The notes under the pieces were generated by a model, which was given only the letters and a program-made list of their open reading frames with translations, had not been told where the DNA came from and made no database searches. This document shows, piece by piece, positions 12,768 to 24,086 of a stretch of 64,000 nt of DNA. Each line of letters opens with the position of its first letter. Position 1 is the stretch's first letter. The stretch comes from Anthoceros angustus (lineage: Eukaryota; Plantae; Anthocerotophyta): assembly GCA_010909165.1 (NCBI GenBank), contig MU008165.1, positions 1,984,001 to 2,048,000 on the forward strand, read 5' to 3'. Made by a program: the position numbers and the translations under genes.

Positions 12768-14226
12768 ATGGGGAGACTGTACTTGATTCAGCTGGATGGC
12801 CGCATCTACAGTTGTAAACAATGCCACAGCCATCTTGCCAACTGTGATGAGCTAGTTTCCAAGGTGCTTAACTCTCTCTTAGGTGCTGCTAGTCTCACCC
12901 GGCTCTCGCACTGCCGGCTTGCCCACGAAACACTCATGATCTCTGCACATGTTTTGGTTGCTGTCGTTTTTGTGGTCTGCAATTCATGTTTGAAGTTGAA
13001 AAATGTGGATATAACTTGAACAGGCTTAAAGGGAAGTCTTTGTTGCAATTTAATTGTCTGATAGAGCCCTCTTTCTTTTCCTAACCTCGCTGTTCAGTCC
13101 TTCCACTGCCGGCACGGGAAGGCTTACCTTTTCAACACCGTGTAAGTTCTCTGACATTTCTTTGTAGATACCTTCTTTCCCGCATTTACTTCTGAATTAT
13201 GCTGTACTTGGGTTCCTTGCGGTTGGATGAACATTCATTGTGGAAGTCCTTGGGGGCTGATTTGGCTGGGCACCAGGACTTGTATTCAGGATTTGCTTGT
13301 GAAAATGTATGCTGTTGGATTGCGTCACTGCTAGAGGGTCTTGAGTCACTGCATCTAGGCCTTCACTTCAGTGGTTACACCTTCTGGACATTGTGGCTAT
13401 GCTCGACAATGTGACTTGTAGTCTGGAGGCTGAAACTCTGCCTCACTATTTACTTGAGGGTTTCTGGTTTGAGATGTGGGTCAGTGGCGTGTTGAAACGT
13501 TGCTTGAGTTTCTAACGTGGGAGTGCCGCGCTACTGCTTGGAATGTTTGTTAATGAGACTTCCTTCTCTGCCAAATCAGTCGAGGAAGACTGACATCCCT
13601 CTGAACTGCTGTCCGACAGCAGGTCCCGAGTCCTATTTGTGTGGTGGATGAATGCATGCCTTGAGTGTTCACTTGCTTTGAAGTTTAGAAAGAGTCTTTT
13701 GTCAGGAATGCTTCCACTTACATGGAGTCTGGTTTGTACTCTTTACAGCGTGAATGTATCAGTTGGGCCACAAGAAGATCGGATGATGACCACGGGACTC
13801 CACACTGTGGCTGACATCTACTGCAACTGCTGCCAAAGGATTGTTGGATGGAAATATGTAAGTAATGCAGGCATTTTCTTTTTGTTGTAGTGCTCCCTGC
13901 CGGTTCTGGACACCAGTTTGCAATGAAAGCAGTTTTTGATATGGCTAGTTTTGCTAGTTCTGAAGTTCTTGAGCTAATTTTGAGGTTGCGCCGGGAGCTT
14001 TGGCAGGAGTCCGCACACGAGAAGGACCAGAAGTACAAAGAAGGGAAATACATTTTGGAACGGTATGCTGTGTCTTCTGGTGGGCTTTTGCGGCTGGTCC
14101 CATGTGCATCTTGTGTCACTCACAAGGTGAAGTTTGCTGTGCCACAGAGCTAAGATGATCGACGGGGACGGAACTGACTTCTACCTGGACCCGCGACCGG
14201 TGGGCAGTGATCCTGACGACGTATGA
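12768..14226 (+). CDS. Yippee-like zinc-binding protein (YPEL family)
   Basis: Exons 12768-12863, 13098-13141, 13749-13857, 14007-14062, 14148-14226 give [19 protein letters not shown]...[15 protein letters not shown]...[17 protein letters not shown]...VGWKY...[11 protein letters not shown], the classic yippee signature. Confidence 0.95.
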
Positions 14227-14842
14227 CATGCAGCAGCAAGAACGGTGTTAAGTGCACAGATCAAACCTGATTTGAGCAAAGGATTGAACTGGGATTTGCG
14301 CAACAACCGAACAAGACAGGGCTGTGAATTTGCAGCTCATATTTCCTCCTGTATATTCTTTTAGCCCTATGGTTTTGTACAAAACCGCTCTCTGGGCGGC
14401 AACAGCATGCTGCAACTGTTGTAGATACATGCAAGGGACAAGTGTACATAGAAGCTATTAAGAACTTGCTTACATTCTTTTGAATCTAGTGGATTGTGCG
14501 TCGGTCAAGTTAGGCTTACCTGCACATTGCGCAATGACAATTTCAGTGTTTTTAAAATAATTATCCTGGCAGACCCGAAGTATGTACCTAATCTAGAGTT
14601 CTAGACTCTAGAATTTGATTCTACATCTGTAAATGCCCGACCGCGCGAAGAGCTTGCTTCATTTAGGTACATCAACGCAAAAGAAGGAAGAAAGGGTTGC
14701 ATCCAGGTGGAACGGTGAGTGGATGAGAGTCACAAAAGTAGGTACAAACACGTGTTCGGATAGCGTTTTCCCGAATCGTGAATAAAAAGCGAGCCGCTCT
14801 CTCATCACTTTTTTCGCTTCCTCTCCGACCTCAGGACTCGAA

Positions 14843-15440
14843 ATGGCAGCAGCGATGGCCTGTGCGGCGGCTCCCGCATGCCGCGTCTCCCTCTCGCTCG
14901 GCAGCAGCAGCAGCGTTAGGAGCAGGAAGGGAATGGGCACCGCTTGTGCCGCGGCTGTGGCTCCACTCCGTTCCTCGTTCCGGGGCATTGCCTTGCCGGG
15001 ATCCAGCAGCAGCAGCAGCGGCGGCGGCGGAGCTGGCACAGCAGCTCAGCGCAGCATGGCTCCCATCGTAGCAGCGGCCGGATACAAGTTGAAGTCTCAC
15101 AAGGCCTCTGCAAAGAGGTTCAGAGTCACAGGGAGCGGCAAGATTGTGCGGAGGCAAGCCGGCAAGCAGCATTTGCTGCGGAAGAAGAACACAAAGAGGA
15201 GGAATAGGTTGACAGGACTGGTACGCTCTTGCTTATTTGCCTTTGTCTTGGATTTTCAGGTTTGTTTGTGTGTGATGCTTTGTGGATTGGATAGGTTGCG
15301 TTGTGGCGGGTATGGCTGCGTGTCATCGGGATGCCGCGATAGCACTGATTTTCGGTCTTGTTTGCTTGCAGACGGAAGTCTTCAGAGGTGACTACGATAA
15401 TGTTATCGGAGCGTTGCCTTACTTGAAGGTCCTTAGATAA
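14843..15440 (+). CDS. RPL35: Nuclear-encoded plastid 50S ribosomal protein L35 (bL35c) with transit peptide
   Basis: Exon 14843-15220: Ser/Ala-rich transit peptide, then [48 protein letters not shown] intron, then exon 15372-15440 [22 protein letters not shown]. Confidence 0.96.
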
Positions 15441-15860
15441 TAGGTGCCAATTACTACTTGCTCTGCGCTGGCAAGACTGATCGCTGGCCTGGCTATCCAC
15501 TTCTTAAAACTTTTTCGTTATGAGATATTGCTCTCGCTGAAGTCGAGTGGTGGAAGGGAATTTGTACTGTGTATGTTATGACTGGCAGCCGTCACAATGC
15601 GCGGCAAGACCGCTTGCAGAGCTTTCCAGAAGCACATCAGCCTATGTGCGGTGGCAGGGACACCTGGTATCGTGTTTGGATGGGTTGGCATTGTCTTTTA
15701 CAGGTGCTGCATCTGGCGTGTACGTTACGACACCGTACAAGTGCCACACATGGCCCCAGTACAGCATGACTATTAAAGGTAGTAAAGGTAGTAAGCAATT
15801 TAGGTGAAGAAAGTTTTGTCCTGATAAATTAAGAGACGATGATGGCCTTACATTGCGGTC

Positions 15861-17744
15861 TCACAACCACGATGCATCCATGCTGCTTTTGTGGAGCTGA
15901 AATGCAGGATTCACCCATGCCCCGCAGCTGCACTGCATTCCAGCCCAGTTGAAGTTGCCAAGCTTGAGTTGGCAGTTTGCGCAATTCAGCTTACCAGAAG
16001 CAGCGCCTTCTTCGAACACTGCCAACAGACGAGAACAGGTCTGATGCTCTGCCTTCTAGTTGAGGTCAAACAGATGTGAGACTGTTCTCAAGGAGTCAGT
16101 GTATTACCTGGGTTCATCCATTGTATGGGCTCAACAAAGATTGAAGAGCACAATGGCATACTAACATCATCTCCTGGCTTCTTCACTCGTTTCCTCAAAT
16201 TTAAGTAGAAGACGCCATTCCCGGACTCATGCACAATGACGTTGCTCTTCGATGCAACCAATCTCCGACACTTCTTGCACCGGTAAACTGTGAATGGCTT
16301 TGTTTCCGAACTGTTGGAATCACCTCTCAAAGTGGTCGAGTCAACATCTTGAAGCTCACCAGCAGAAGCTCCTGGGTCTGGGGCACAGCTGGAGGGCTCT
16401 AGTCTTGCACCCCTCGCGTGGGCTTCACCTGGCAGGCATGTTACAGAAGGTCAGAACTTGCATCCGATAAGTGAGCAAGTTACAGAAAAATGTTATGGGG
16501 GTACTCACCTAAGTTCTCCAGGCGGAACTTCTTGTAGGTGGGGCTTTGGCGATCTATGACGAAACCCATCTCTTGAAACATACTCAACTTGGGGGACAGA
16601 GGCAAATGGGAATGATCAGGCTAAAGAACGACTGATGTTCCTCACGTTCAGGGCATGGCGAGTGCAGGCAGCTGCGACTAGGAGAACTCCTATCCAGATG
16701 GTGACCTGACCGCAGTGGCAGTGCAAGGAAAATGCAAGGACATTGACAGGGGTAACATGCCAGCCACGGAAGACAGACCTGTTACGCCAGAAACGTTGGG
16801 TGGATACTCCACAAACCAATGCTACAGGAAAATCGCCTAGCACCAAGGTATGCACCCCATCCTCAAAACACAGTACTACCCCGACCATTTGTTGCATGGC
16901 AGCATCACATGATTGGCATGCAATCCACTTTCTCCATGAATTCCGACAATATCGTTGCTAAGGGTCAGAACGGGGGGTTCCCCAAGCATCATTTACAAGG
17001 ATTACCTGCTGCCAGAACCCGAGATTAGGGCAGACACCGCTACTGACTTCTTTCAGGGATTTGTGTGCATCTGTCAAGATAAAAAGGAGCTGCCGTTAGG
17101 TGATACTGGATCGCCGCGAATCTGATTCCGCTGTGGCTGTGGCGGTGTCGGAATGGAGAAATAAGGAGTAAGCAGGCAGCTATTGCACAACTAGGCTTTG
17201 GGACTCAAGTGCTCCTTCAGTCCGTACCTTCCAATTTCAAGCGCTCACTCTTCATCAGGTACGCCATCACAACCGCAGCACTGCATTGAAGAGACATGGC
17301 TATGTACAGTAGCTCCCTTGCACGTGAGGACAGTAGAAGAACAGAATTTGCGGCACTTTAATTGACTAACCTTCGAGACACGCCTGCAAAGCAATGTACC
17401 AGCACAGCACCAGACGCCAGTCCCGTCTCAATAAACTCCAAGCACACTTCCAGGTTGTCCAGCAGATTCTGGGTATCAACGTCTCGCAGTGGCACGTTCA
17501 TGCTGACGATTCTCGGTGCAGACCCATTGCTAGACACAGTTTCCGGTGCATCACTGCCGCTGCTTGATGCTTCTTCTACCCCTGGGTCATGGACAGGATA
17601 TGGAGCAACTTTGCGGCCATGGGATGGTTTCAGAGCAGGTGGAATGAGATTCAGTACGTGAGTGATATGTGTCTCCGACGATGTCAGCACTGCCTCTGCA
17701 TCCTGAATGTCTCCGATGTAGAGGCGTTCTCGAACTTGCTTCAT
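15861..17744 (-). CDS. DUSP12: Dual-specificity phosphatase DUSP12/YVH1-like with C-terminal zinc-binding domain
   Basis: Exons 17744-17371, 17280-17228, 17070-17006, 16587-16509, 16428-16108, 16018-15861. Catalytic VHCFAGVSRSAAVVMAYLM, VCPNLGFWQQL, YRCKKCRR, and GKLNCANCQLKLGNFNWAGMQCSCGAWVNPAFQLHKS. Confidence 0.93.
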
Positions 17745-19196
17745 ATCTTCCTTGGCCGTTTAACCAGTGAGCAAGTTCACTCACAGACTCAAGACGTCAT
17801 CATCTCGGTCAGAATGAGCTCGCGAACCTTTCTCTCAAACAACTTGTCCGTCCTTCAGGTCTTGTATACTTCCAGAGTAGCTAGCAATTCTCTCCTCTAC
17901 TTTTTGTCACTCAGGTGCGCCGCCCAGCAGCCAAACAGGCCTGATCCCATCTCAAGAAGTCCTCGCAGCTCTCACCTTCTCGGGCAGACTTCTCACTGCT
18001 TCACCTCGCAACGGCCCCCGTCAAATAGTTTCTCAGATTCCAGGGACCAAGTTCTGCTTTTATGCTGATGCTGATGACAGTCGGTACTCGGTACCCTGGA
18101 CAGAACCTGCTGACAATTTACCGCACAGTAATAGGAGGTAACTGATTAATCCCTCACTATTTTAGAATTGCCCCAGATTGCTTTTAGAATTTGAAGTGTG
18201 AAGTAAACCCATGTTCTCTGTGGAAGGTCTGGACCATGAGAAGCAACCAGAGTGCGGGATGCGGGTTTAGCTTCTCAACAAAATAAAGATGCTTTGGGTT
18301 AACAAAGTGACACATGAGGTGCCTGCCAGATCCACCTCCTTCGATGTGCTGGCTGAAGGAGGCAGGCACACCGCTGCAGGCACGTTGCCGTTGTGGATGC
18401 TGTCACTACCAGAAGCCATGATAGCAGGTCCCAGTCCCACGCAAAGAAGCAAGCGACCTATCCACACTTCATTGTTCACTGCCTCCGGTAGGTATGACAT
18501 GTACGACCAATCCATTTAGAGGTCGCCCTGGGCGGCGACCAGTAGTGGCTGTTTGCGTTTGAGCCTTTCCTTTTCCAGGTGCGCTTTCTTATCAGCAGGG
18601 AATGGTCCTGGTTTGCTTACATGTGCTCCCCTCCGATTAGATGTCGGCTTGTGGCCTGGTTGCGTGCAGCATGGTCCGGTGACCCCGGTCCTCTACACAG
18701 CCATGGCAAAAGTGGTACGCTTGTGGGGACCAATGTGACGATTTGACCGGTTTGACAGCAGAAAATTTGGCTTGGAGATGTGTATCGAGCATCAAGTACA
18801 TACTTTATATATTTTAAATAGGAATTATTTGGTGATCCAGACCTATTCCCTTTTGGCTGCGCAAAGCTACATTTCAGCAATTTGCTTAAAACAAAATATT
18901 CAAATTATATTTAATACCAATGATGATCTTTACACATAATTTTAGGAAATAAAACACAAAAATAATGATTTGATAAAATTATATGCTAAATATACTATAA
19001 AATTATTAACAGCTCAACCCTAATAAAAGGACGGTCACATAGAAGAAGTTTTTACTTCACCCGCCATCATATTCACAAAGCTCCTTATGTAATAATATTT
19101 ATACTAGAAATTGGCAACCTCTCAAGCAAAAGCTATCCACCTCGTGTTGGTCGCCTCCAAAAACCAAGGATCATGCTCATGACCTTCCTCGCAACC

Positions 19197-19520
19197 GCCA
19201 TGGTAAGATGAACGAAATATTTTCTTATTCATTTGCAAGTAAAGAGTTCATGGTAAAGATGAACGAAATATTTTCTGATTCATTTGCAAGTAAAGAGTTC
19301 ATGTAAGGTTTGCGTGTCAAGGATCCGGAAGGCATCTCCATAAAGTGAAATAGCGATGATGAATACACAACACATGGACTTGAGGATAATGATGGAGGCC
19401 TAGAATCAAAAAGGGAGAAAAGAGTCATGTAAGGTCTGCGTGTCAAGGATCAGGAAGGCCGCCTCCATAAAGTGAGGTAGCGATGATGAATACACAAAGC
19501 ACAGACTTGAGGACAACAGA
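19197..19520. repeat. Two local direct duplications (~50 bp and ~125 bp), probable TE remnant
   Basis: catggtaa(a)gatgaacgaaatattttc...gcaagtaaagagtt occurs twice; catgtaaggt.tgcgtgtcaaggatc...gcgatgatgaatacacaa...gacttgagga occurs twice. Confidence 0.7.
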
Positions 19521-21218
19521 ATCAAGAAGGGAGAAGCGCTCTCTGCCTTGTGAAACATGATCAAGGCAAGCACACAATGACGCAAGAATTTAAGAGGTAC
19601 CCAGCACAAAGCCCCCATAATTTGGAGGTGCATAGTCATGGCCTTTTAACGCTCTAGCATGGGTGGATATGCATTCACTCATGCACTTCCTGGTCCAAGT
19701 TGAAACTTGAGACATAACATGTTCCACCTCTACTCTTGTCCATAAGGATGGAGCAATAGGGAAATGCTTTAAGTAACTACCTTCCCTCTCACCTTCTAGA
19801 TGTTTAAAAAACTTGGTACTCACTTATCATTATAATGGACTTTGAAAGAAATTGGCTTTTTATCTTATCTTGCACCCGTTAAATATTTGGCACTTACAAC
19901 TAGTCCTTCCCCATGATTCTTAATATTTGCATAATATCCTTTTGCCTTCATTAGAATATCCTCTAGGGAATAGTTAATGCTTTTACCATCCTCGTTTGCA
20001 AGGGTTGAAAAATCCCAGTGCAGGACTTCAATGTATGCCTCGAATTCACTAAAAAAACGATAACCAAGGATTAGTGCTTATTTGAGCTAGGAAAACAAGG
20101 ATTAAAATAATCATCATTATTAATAAAATAATTTGAATTAACCTTTAAGTTTTTCTTATAGGTTTTGAAATCTAAATATTTTTATTTTCAAAATATATAA
20201 AAATGCCTATTGGGAACCCTCTAAATGGGACGCTTAGGGCTATTCAGTTACTCCCAATTGTTCCCAATCAGAGGGGGTGGTGGACTGTACATGTATGCTG
20301 TAGAAGGATAAAAAAGGTGATGCAAGATTTGGATAACAAAGCGTGGTTACACTCATCTAAATCAAAGTCATCATATGAGAAAATGAAATTACGTCCATTT
20401 TAATTAATCGATGCGGCGCCGGGCTGCCGGTCTTTGTTTCTCCACCACTACCGAAACGGTTCACGGAACCTGGATAGACACGAAACCTGGTCCAACAGAT
20501 GTATGGGCCTGGTTGTTGCTCCAATCACAAGCATTGCTGCTCGTCATCCAAATCCCGTTCGCCTTTCAGAAGTGTGACGCATGTGGAGGCTCCCCACGTG
20601 TAGCCCCCACTGTGAAGCCTCCTGTTTGGAGTGGGACGCTAACACTTTACTGTACGCATGTGCCTGACGCCCTGACTGCTTGGAACCTGCATGTTTATTA
20701 GAAGCTTAGTTCTCCAACGCAAAGTCTCGGAAGGGACAAATTCTGGGACAGGAACATGTTACCTACTTGAGACGCAGGGTATGGGACAAGGAAAGGGTTG
20801 CTGTTCAGGAGCATCAGTCTGGGAAGGCTGCTTTCCAATTCCCTTGTGTCATAGAGACTACAAGCTGGACTTAAGAGACAAAAGGGAAACATGTCCCCTC
20901 AGAGACTTGCAGCCGGTCCGGAGAAGCAGGTCTCTGTAACACTGTCGCTTGACAACAGCAATAATGCACCCTTTACAGAAGGATCAGCCCGACTCCAGCA
21001 CTCGCTCAGGCTGTCAGGAAGAATGCCCCCCTCAATAGCTGCCTGTGCTGGGGTAATACAGCTGTGCTTGGCTAAGCACAGCTGCGAGCTTTTAACGTTT
21101 GTCAAATGAATGCACTGTGTCAAGTTATCCTCCTGGGTGCATGGCCAGCTCCGCGCTGTCGCTGTCCTTTCATCATGTATGTTCGCAGAATGTAGCACAT
21201 GCCTGTCTTTCCCGATTT

Positions 21219-24086
21219 TCAAAACAAGCTGCTTGAGCCTGGCATATATATACTTTCCTCCTCCGGATGTTGTTTATCCCCAACCAAAAAGCTATGCACC
21301 AGCCCGTCCATGTCAGTCCACCAGCTCTGGCCTGCCTGCTTCCAGGCTCCAATTCCTGTTCTCTTAGCCTGCATCTCCTGTGCCTCCAACAACATCTGGG
21401 AACCGGTGTATATGTTTGACATCAACACATATGCTGCAGGGTCCATTTCGTCCAGCTTCACTGCTTCTTCGAAAGCAAGGCGTCCAACCTCCAAGTTGCC
21501 CCACTTTCGACAAGCACCCAATAGAGTGTGCCAAACTGCGACATCAGGCTGCACAGGCATAGTCCGTACCAAAGCTAGTGCCTCGTCCAGTCGGCCGGCA
21601 CGACCCAGAAGATCGACCATGCATGTGTAGTGCTCTATCATGGGAGTGACGGCAAACTTTCTGCTCATAGCCTCAAAATACTCTCGCCCCTTCTCCACTA
21701 GGCCGACATGACTGCATACTCTCAGTAAACTCAGGAATGTCACGCTGTCTGGCTGGACGCTATCCCCTCTCATTCTGTGAAACAAGTTGAAAACCACTTC
21801 ACTGTCCCCTTGACGGGAGTATCCTGCAATCAGTGCATTCCAGGTGCCAATGTCTCTTTGCAGCATTGCCTCAAACACTTGCTGGGCATAAACCATGCTC
21901 CCAGACCTTGCATACATGTTTATCAAAGCGAGGGCAACAAGTACATCAGCTTGGGCCCCTTGTTGTTCAATCTGTGCATGAAGCTGCCTGCCTACATGCA
22001 AAGCTGCCACATTTGCGCATGCCTGCAGGATGCATACAAATGTCACAGAAGAAGGTACAATGGTGCCTCCTTCCTGCATAGCACTGTAGAGACGAAGTGC
22101 CTCCTGCCCCATGCCCTGCTGAGAGTATCCTGTTATCATGGCATTCCAGGATACCACAGTTTTTTGGCCAAGTCCATCAAAAACGCCCTGAGCATCCTCC
22201 ATGCTGCCACACTTTGCATACATGTTTACCAAACTGTTGGCCACAAAAACATCAGCCTGAAGGCCTTGCTCTTCAATGTGTAAATGAAGCTGCTTCCCCT
22301 GCTCCAAAGCTGGGACACCCAATGTTGCGCACGCCTGCAGGAGGCACACAAATGTCACAGCATCAGGAGCGGCCGTGCCCTCTTCCTGCATATGAGTGTA
22401 AAGATGAAGAGCTTCCTGAGCCATACCCTCTTGGGAATATCCTGCTATCATGGCGTTCCAAGTGACAACATCTTTTTGAGGAAGCTTATGAAACACTCTC
22501 TCCCCTTCTTCCAAGCTGCCACACTTTGCATACATGCTTACCAAACCATTTGCTATAACCACATCACCTTCAAGTCCTAGGTCTCTGATCTGTGCATGAA
22601 GCTGCCTCCCCTTCTCCAAAGCTAGATAGCCCGTGGTTGCACAAGCCTGGAGGAGGCACACAAATGACACAGCATTAGGAGCGGCAATGCCTTCTTCTTG
22701 CATAGTATTGTAAAGACAAAGGGCTTCCTCACCCATGCCATGGTGGGAATATCCTGCTATCATGGCATTCCACGTCACCACATCTCTTTGAGGAAGCTCG
22801 TCGAACAGCATTTGAGCTTCTTCCAGGCTGCCACACTTTGCATACATGTTGATCAAACTATTTGCTACAAAAATGTCAGCCTGGAGTCCTCGTTCTCGAA
22901 TCTGTGCATGAAGCTGCTTCCCCTTTTCCAGAGCTGGAGAGCCCACGGTTGCACATGCCTGCAGGAGACACACAAATGTCACAGCAGTAGGTGCAGTGAT
23001 GCCTTCTTGTTCCATGGCCTCATATAAGAGAAAGGCTTCCTGCCCCAATCCCTGCTGAGAATATCCAGCTATCATGGCATTCCATGTGACTACATCCTTT
23101 TGAGGAAGCCCATCAAACACTCCCTGAGCATCTTTAAGGCTGCCACACTTTGCATACATATTGACCAAACTGTTGGCGACAGCCACATCAGCCTGAAGCC
23201 CTCTTCCTCCAATCTCTGCATGAAGCTGCTTCCCCTTCTCCAAAGCCGAGGCACCCACACCTGCACATGCCTGCAGGAGGCTAACAAATGTGACAGAAGT
23301 GGGTACAGCAATGCCTTCTTGTAGCATAGAACTGTAGAGCTGAAGGGCTTCTTGACCCATGCCATGCTGGGAATATCCTGATATAAGAGCTGTCCATGTC
23401 ACAACATTTTTCCCACCCAGGCCATCAAACACTCTTTGAGCATCCTCCAAGCTGCCACACTTTGCATACATGTCAACTAATCCAGTAGAAACAAACAGAC
23501 CAGGCTCAACCCCAGTGGCCAACACATCAGCATGCACCAGCTGCCCAGCTTCCAGGTCTGCTGCCCGGGCACAAGCCTGCAGGGCTGCTACAAACACATG
23601 ACCATCTGGCTTCACACTCGACCTGCGCATCTGATGATACAGTTGTATGGCCTCCCTATCTTGTCTGTGCTTAACATGCGCCGAAATGATGGCAGACCAC
23701 GTGAAAGCATCTGGGTTAGCAACCGTTCTGAACACATCCATGGCTTCTTGCAACATGGCATGAGAAGCATACATCCGCAGGATGTGGTTGCACAAAAAGG
23801 TGTCCGTCTCAGACCTCTTCTTCACAATAAGAGCATGGACACAGCGACCCAGGACCACATCCCTCACACATTTAGTTAGGACTGTACAAAGCAAAGAGTG
23901 AGAAACAAGACATTCTGTTTGCACCAAAACACCCAGAGCCTCCACAGCCTCTGTGAGCTGCCCCTGCTCACATAATATGCCCACAGTTCCGGCTGTGACG
24001 CGCCTTTCGTATCCTGGGGGCCTGCAAGGGTGGGGACCAGGACCATCCCGCAACCTCCAGTTAGATGGCCAAACACAAGTCTCCAT
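21219..24086 (-). CDS. PLS-class PPR protein (23 motifs + E1/E2 + WW-type PG box/E+), organellar RNA-editing specificity factor; no DYW deaminase
   Basis: Intronless 955-aa ORF: L-S, six P-L-S triplets, P2-L2-S2 (IEHYTCMVDLLGRAG), E1 (VWHTLLGACR), E2, then KQAGQSWWTDMDGLVHSFLVGDKQHPEEESIY. An apparent 2-nt frameshift lies in the E+ part. Confidence 0.93.
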   Translation of the reverse strand: METCVWPSNWRLRDGPGPHPCRPPGYERRVTAGTVGILCEQGQLTEAVEALGVLVQTECLVSHSLLCTVLTKCVRDVVLGRCVHALIVKKRSETDTFLCNHILRMYASHAMLQEAMDVFRTVANPDAFTWSAIISAHVKHRQDREAIQLYHQMRRSSVKPDGHVFVAALQACARAADLEAGQLVHADVLATGVEPGLFVSTGLVDMYAKCGSLEDAQRVFDGLGGKNVVTWTALISGYSQHGMGQEALQLYSSMLQEGIAVPTSVTFVSLLQACAGVGASALEKGKQLHAEIGGRGLQADVAVANSLVNMYAKCGSLKDAQGVFDGLPQKDVVTWNAMIAGYSQQGLGQEAFLLYEAMEQEGITAPTAVTFVCLLQACATVGSPALEKGKQLHAQIRERGLQADIFVANSLINMYAKCGSLEEAQMLFDELPQRDVVTWNAMIAGYSHHGMGEEALCLYNTMQEEGIAAPNAVSFVCLLQACATTGYLALEKGRQLHAQIRDLGLEGDVVIANGLVSMYAKCGSLEEGERVFHKLPQKDVVTWNAMIAGYSQEGMAQEALHLYTHMQEEGTAAPDAVTFVCLLQACATLGVPALEQGKQLHLHIEEQGLQADVFVANSLVNMYAKCGSMEDAQGVFDGLGQKTVVSWNAMITGYSQQGMGQEALRLYSAMQEGGTIVPSSVTFVCILQACANVAALHVGRQLHAQIEQQGAQADVLVALALINMYARSGSMVYAQQVFEAMLQRDIGTWNALIAGYSRQGDSEVVFNLFHRMRGDSVQPDSVTFLSLLRVCSHVGLVEKGREYFEAMSRKFAVTPMIEHYTCMVDLLGRAGRLDEALALVRTMPVQPDVAVWHTLLGACRKWGNLEVGRLAFEEAVKLDEMDPAAYVLMSNIYTGSQMLLEAQEMQAKRTGIGAWKQAGQSWWTDMDGLVHSFLVGDKQHPEEESIYMPGSSSLF

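Noticed and set aside
15915-15926. Possible frameshift in the DUSP12 zinc domain
   Set aside because: Recounting gives four G on the minus strand (TGC GGG GCA TGG), so the frame is intact.
18067-18113. C/D-box snoRNA (TGATGA...CTGA)
   Set aside because: Too short and no terminal stem.
20411-21222. A downstream DYW deaminase for the PPR gene
   Set aside because: No HxE(x)nCxxC or DYW/DRH/GRP ending is visible in the frames inspected.
21199-23879. Plus-strand ORFs overlapping the PPR gene
   Set aside because: Antisense shadows of the repetitive PPR coding sequence.
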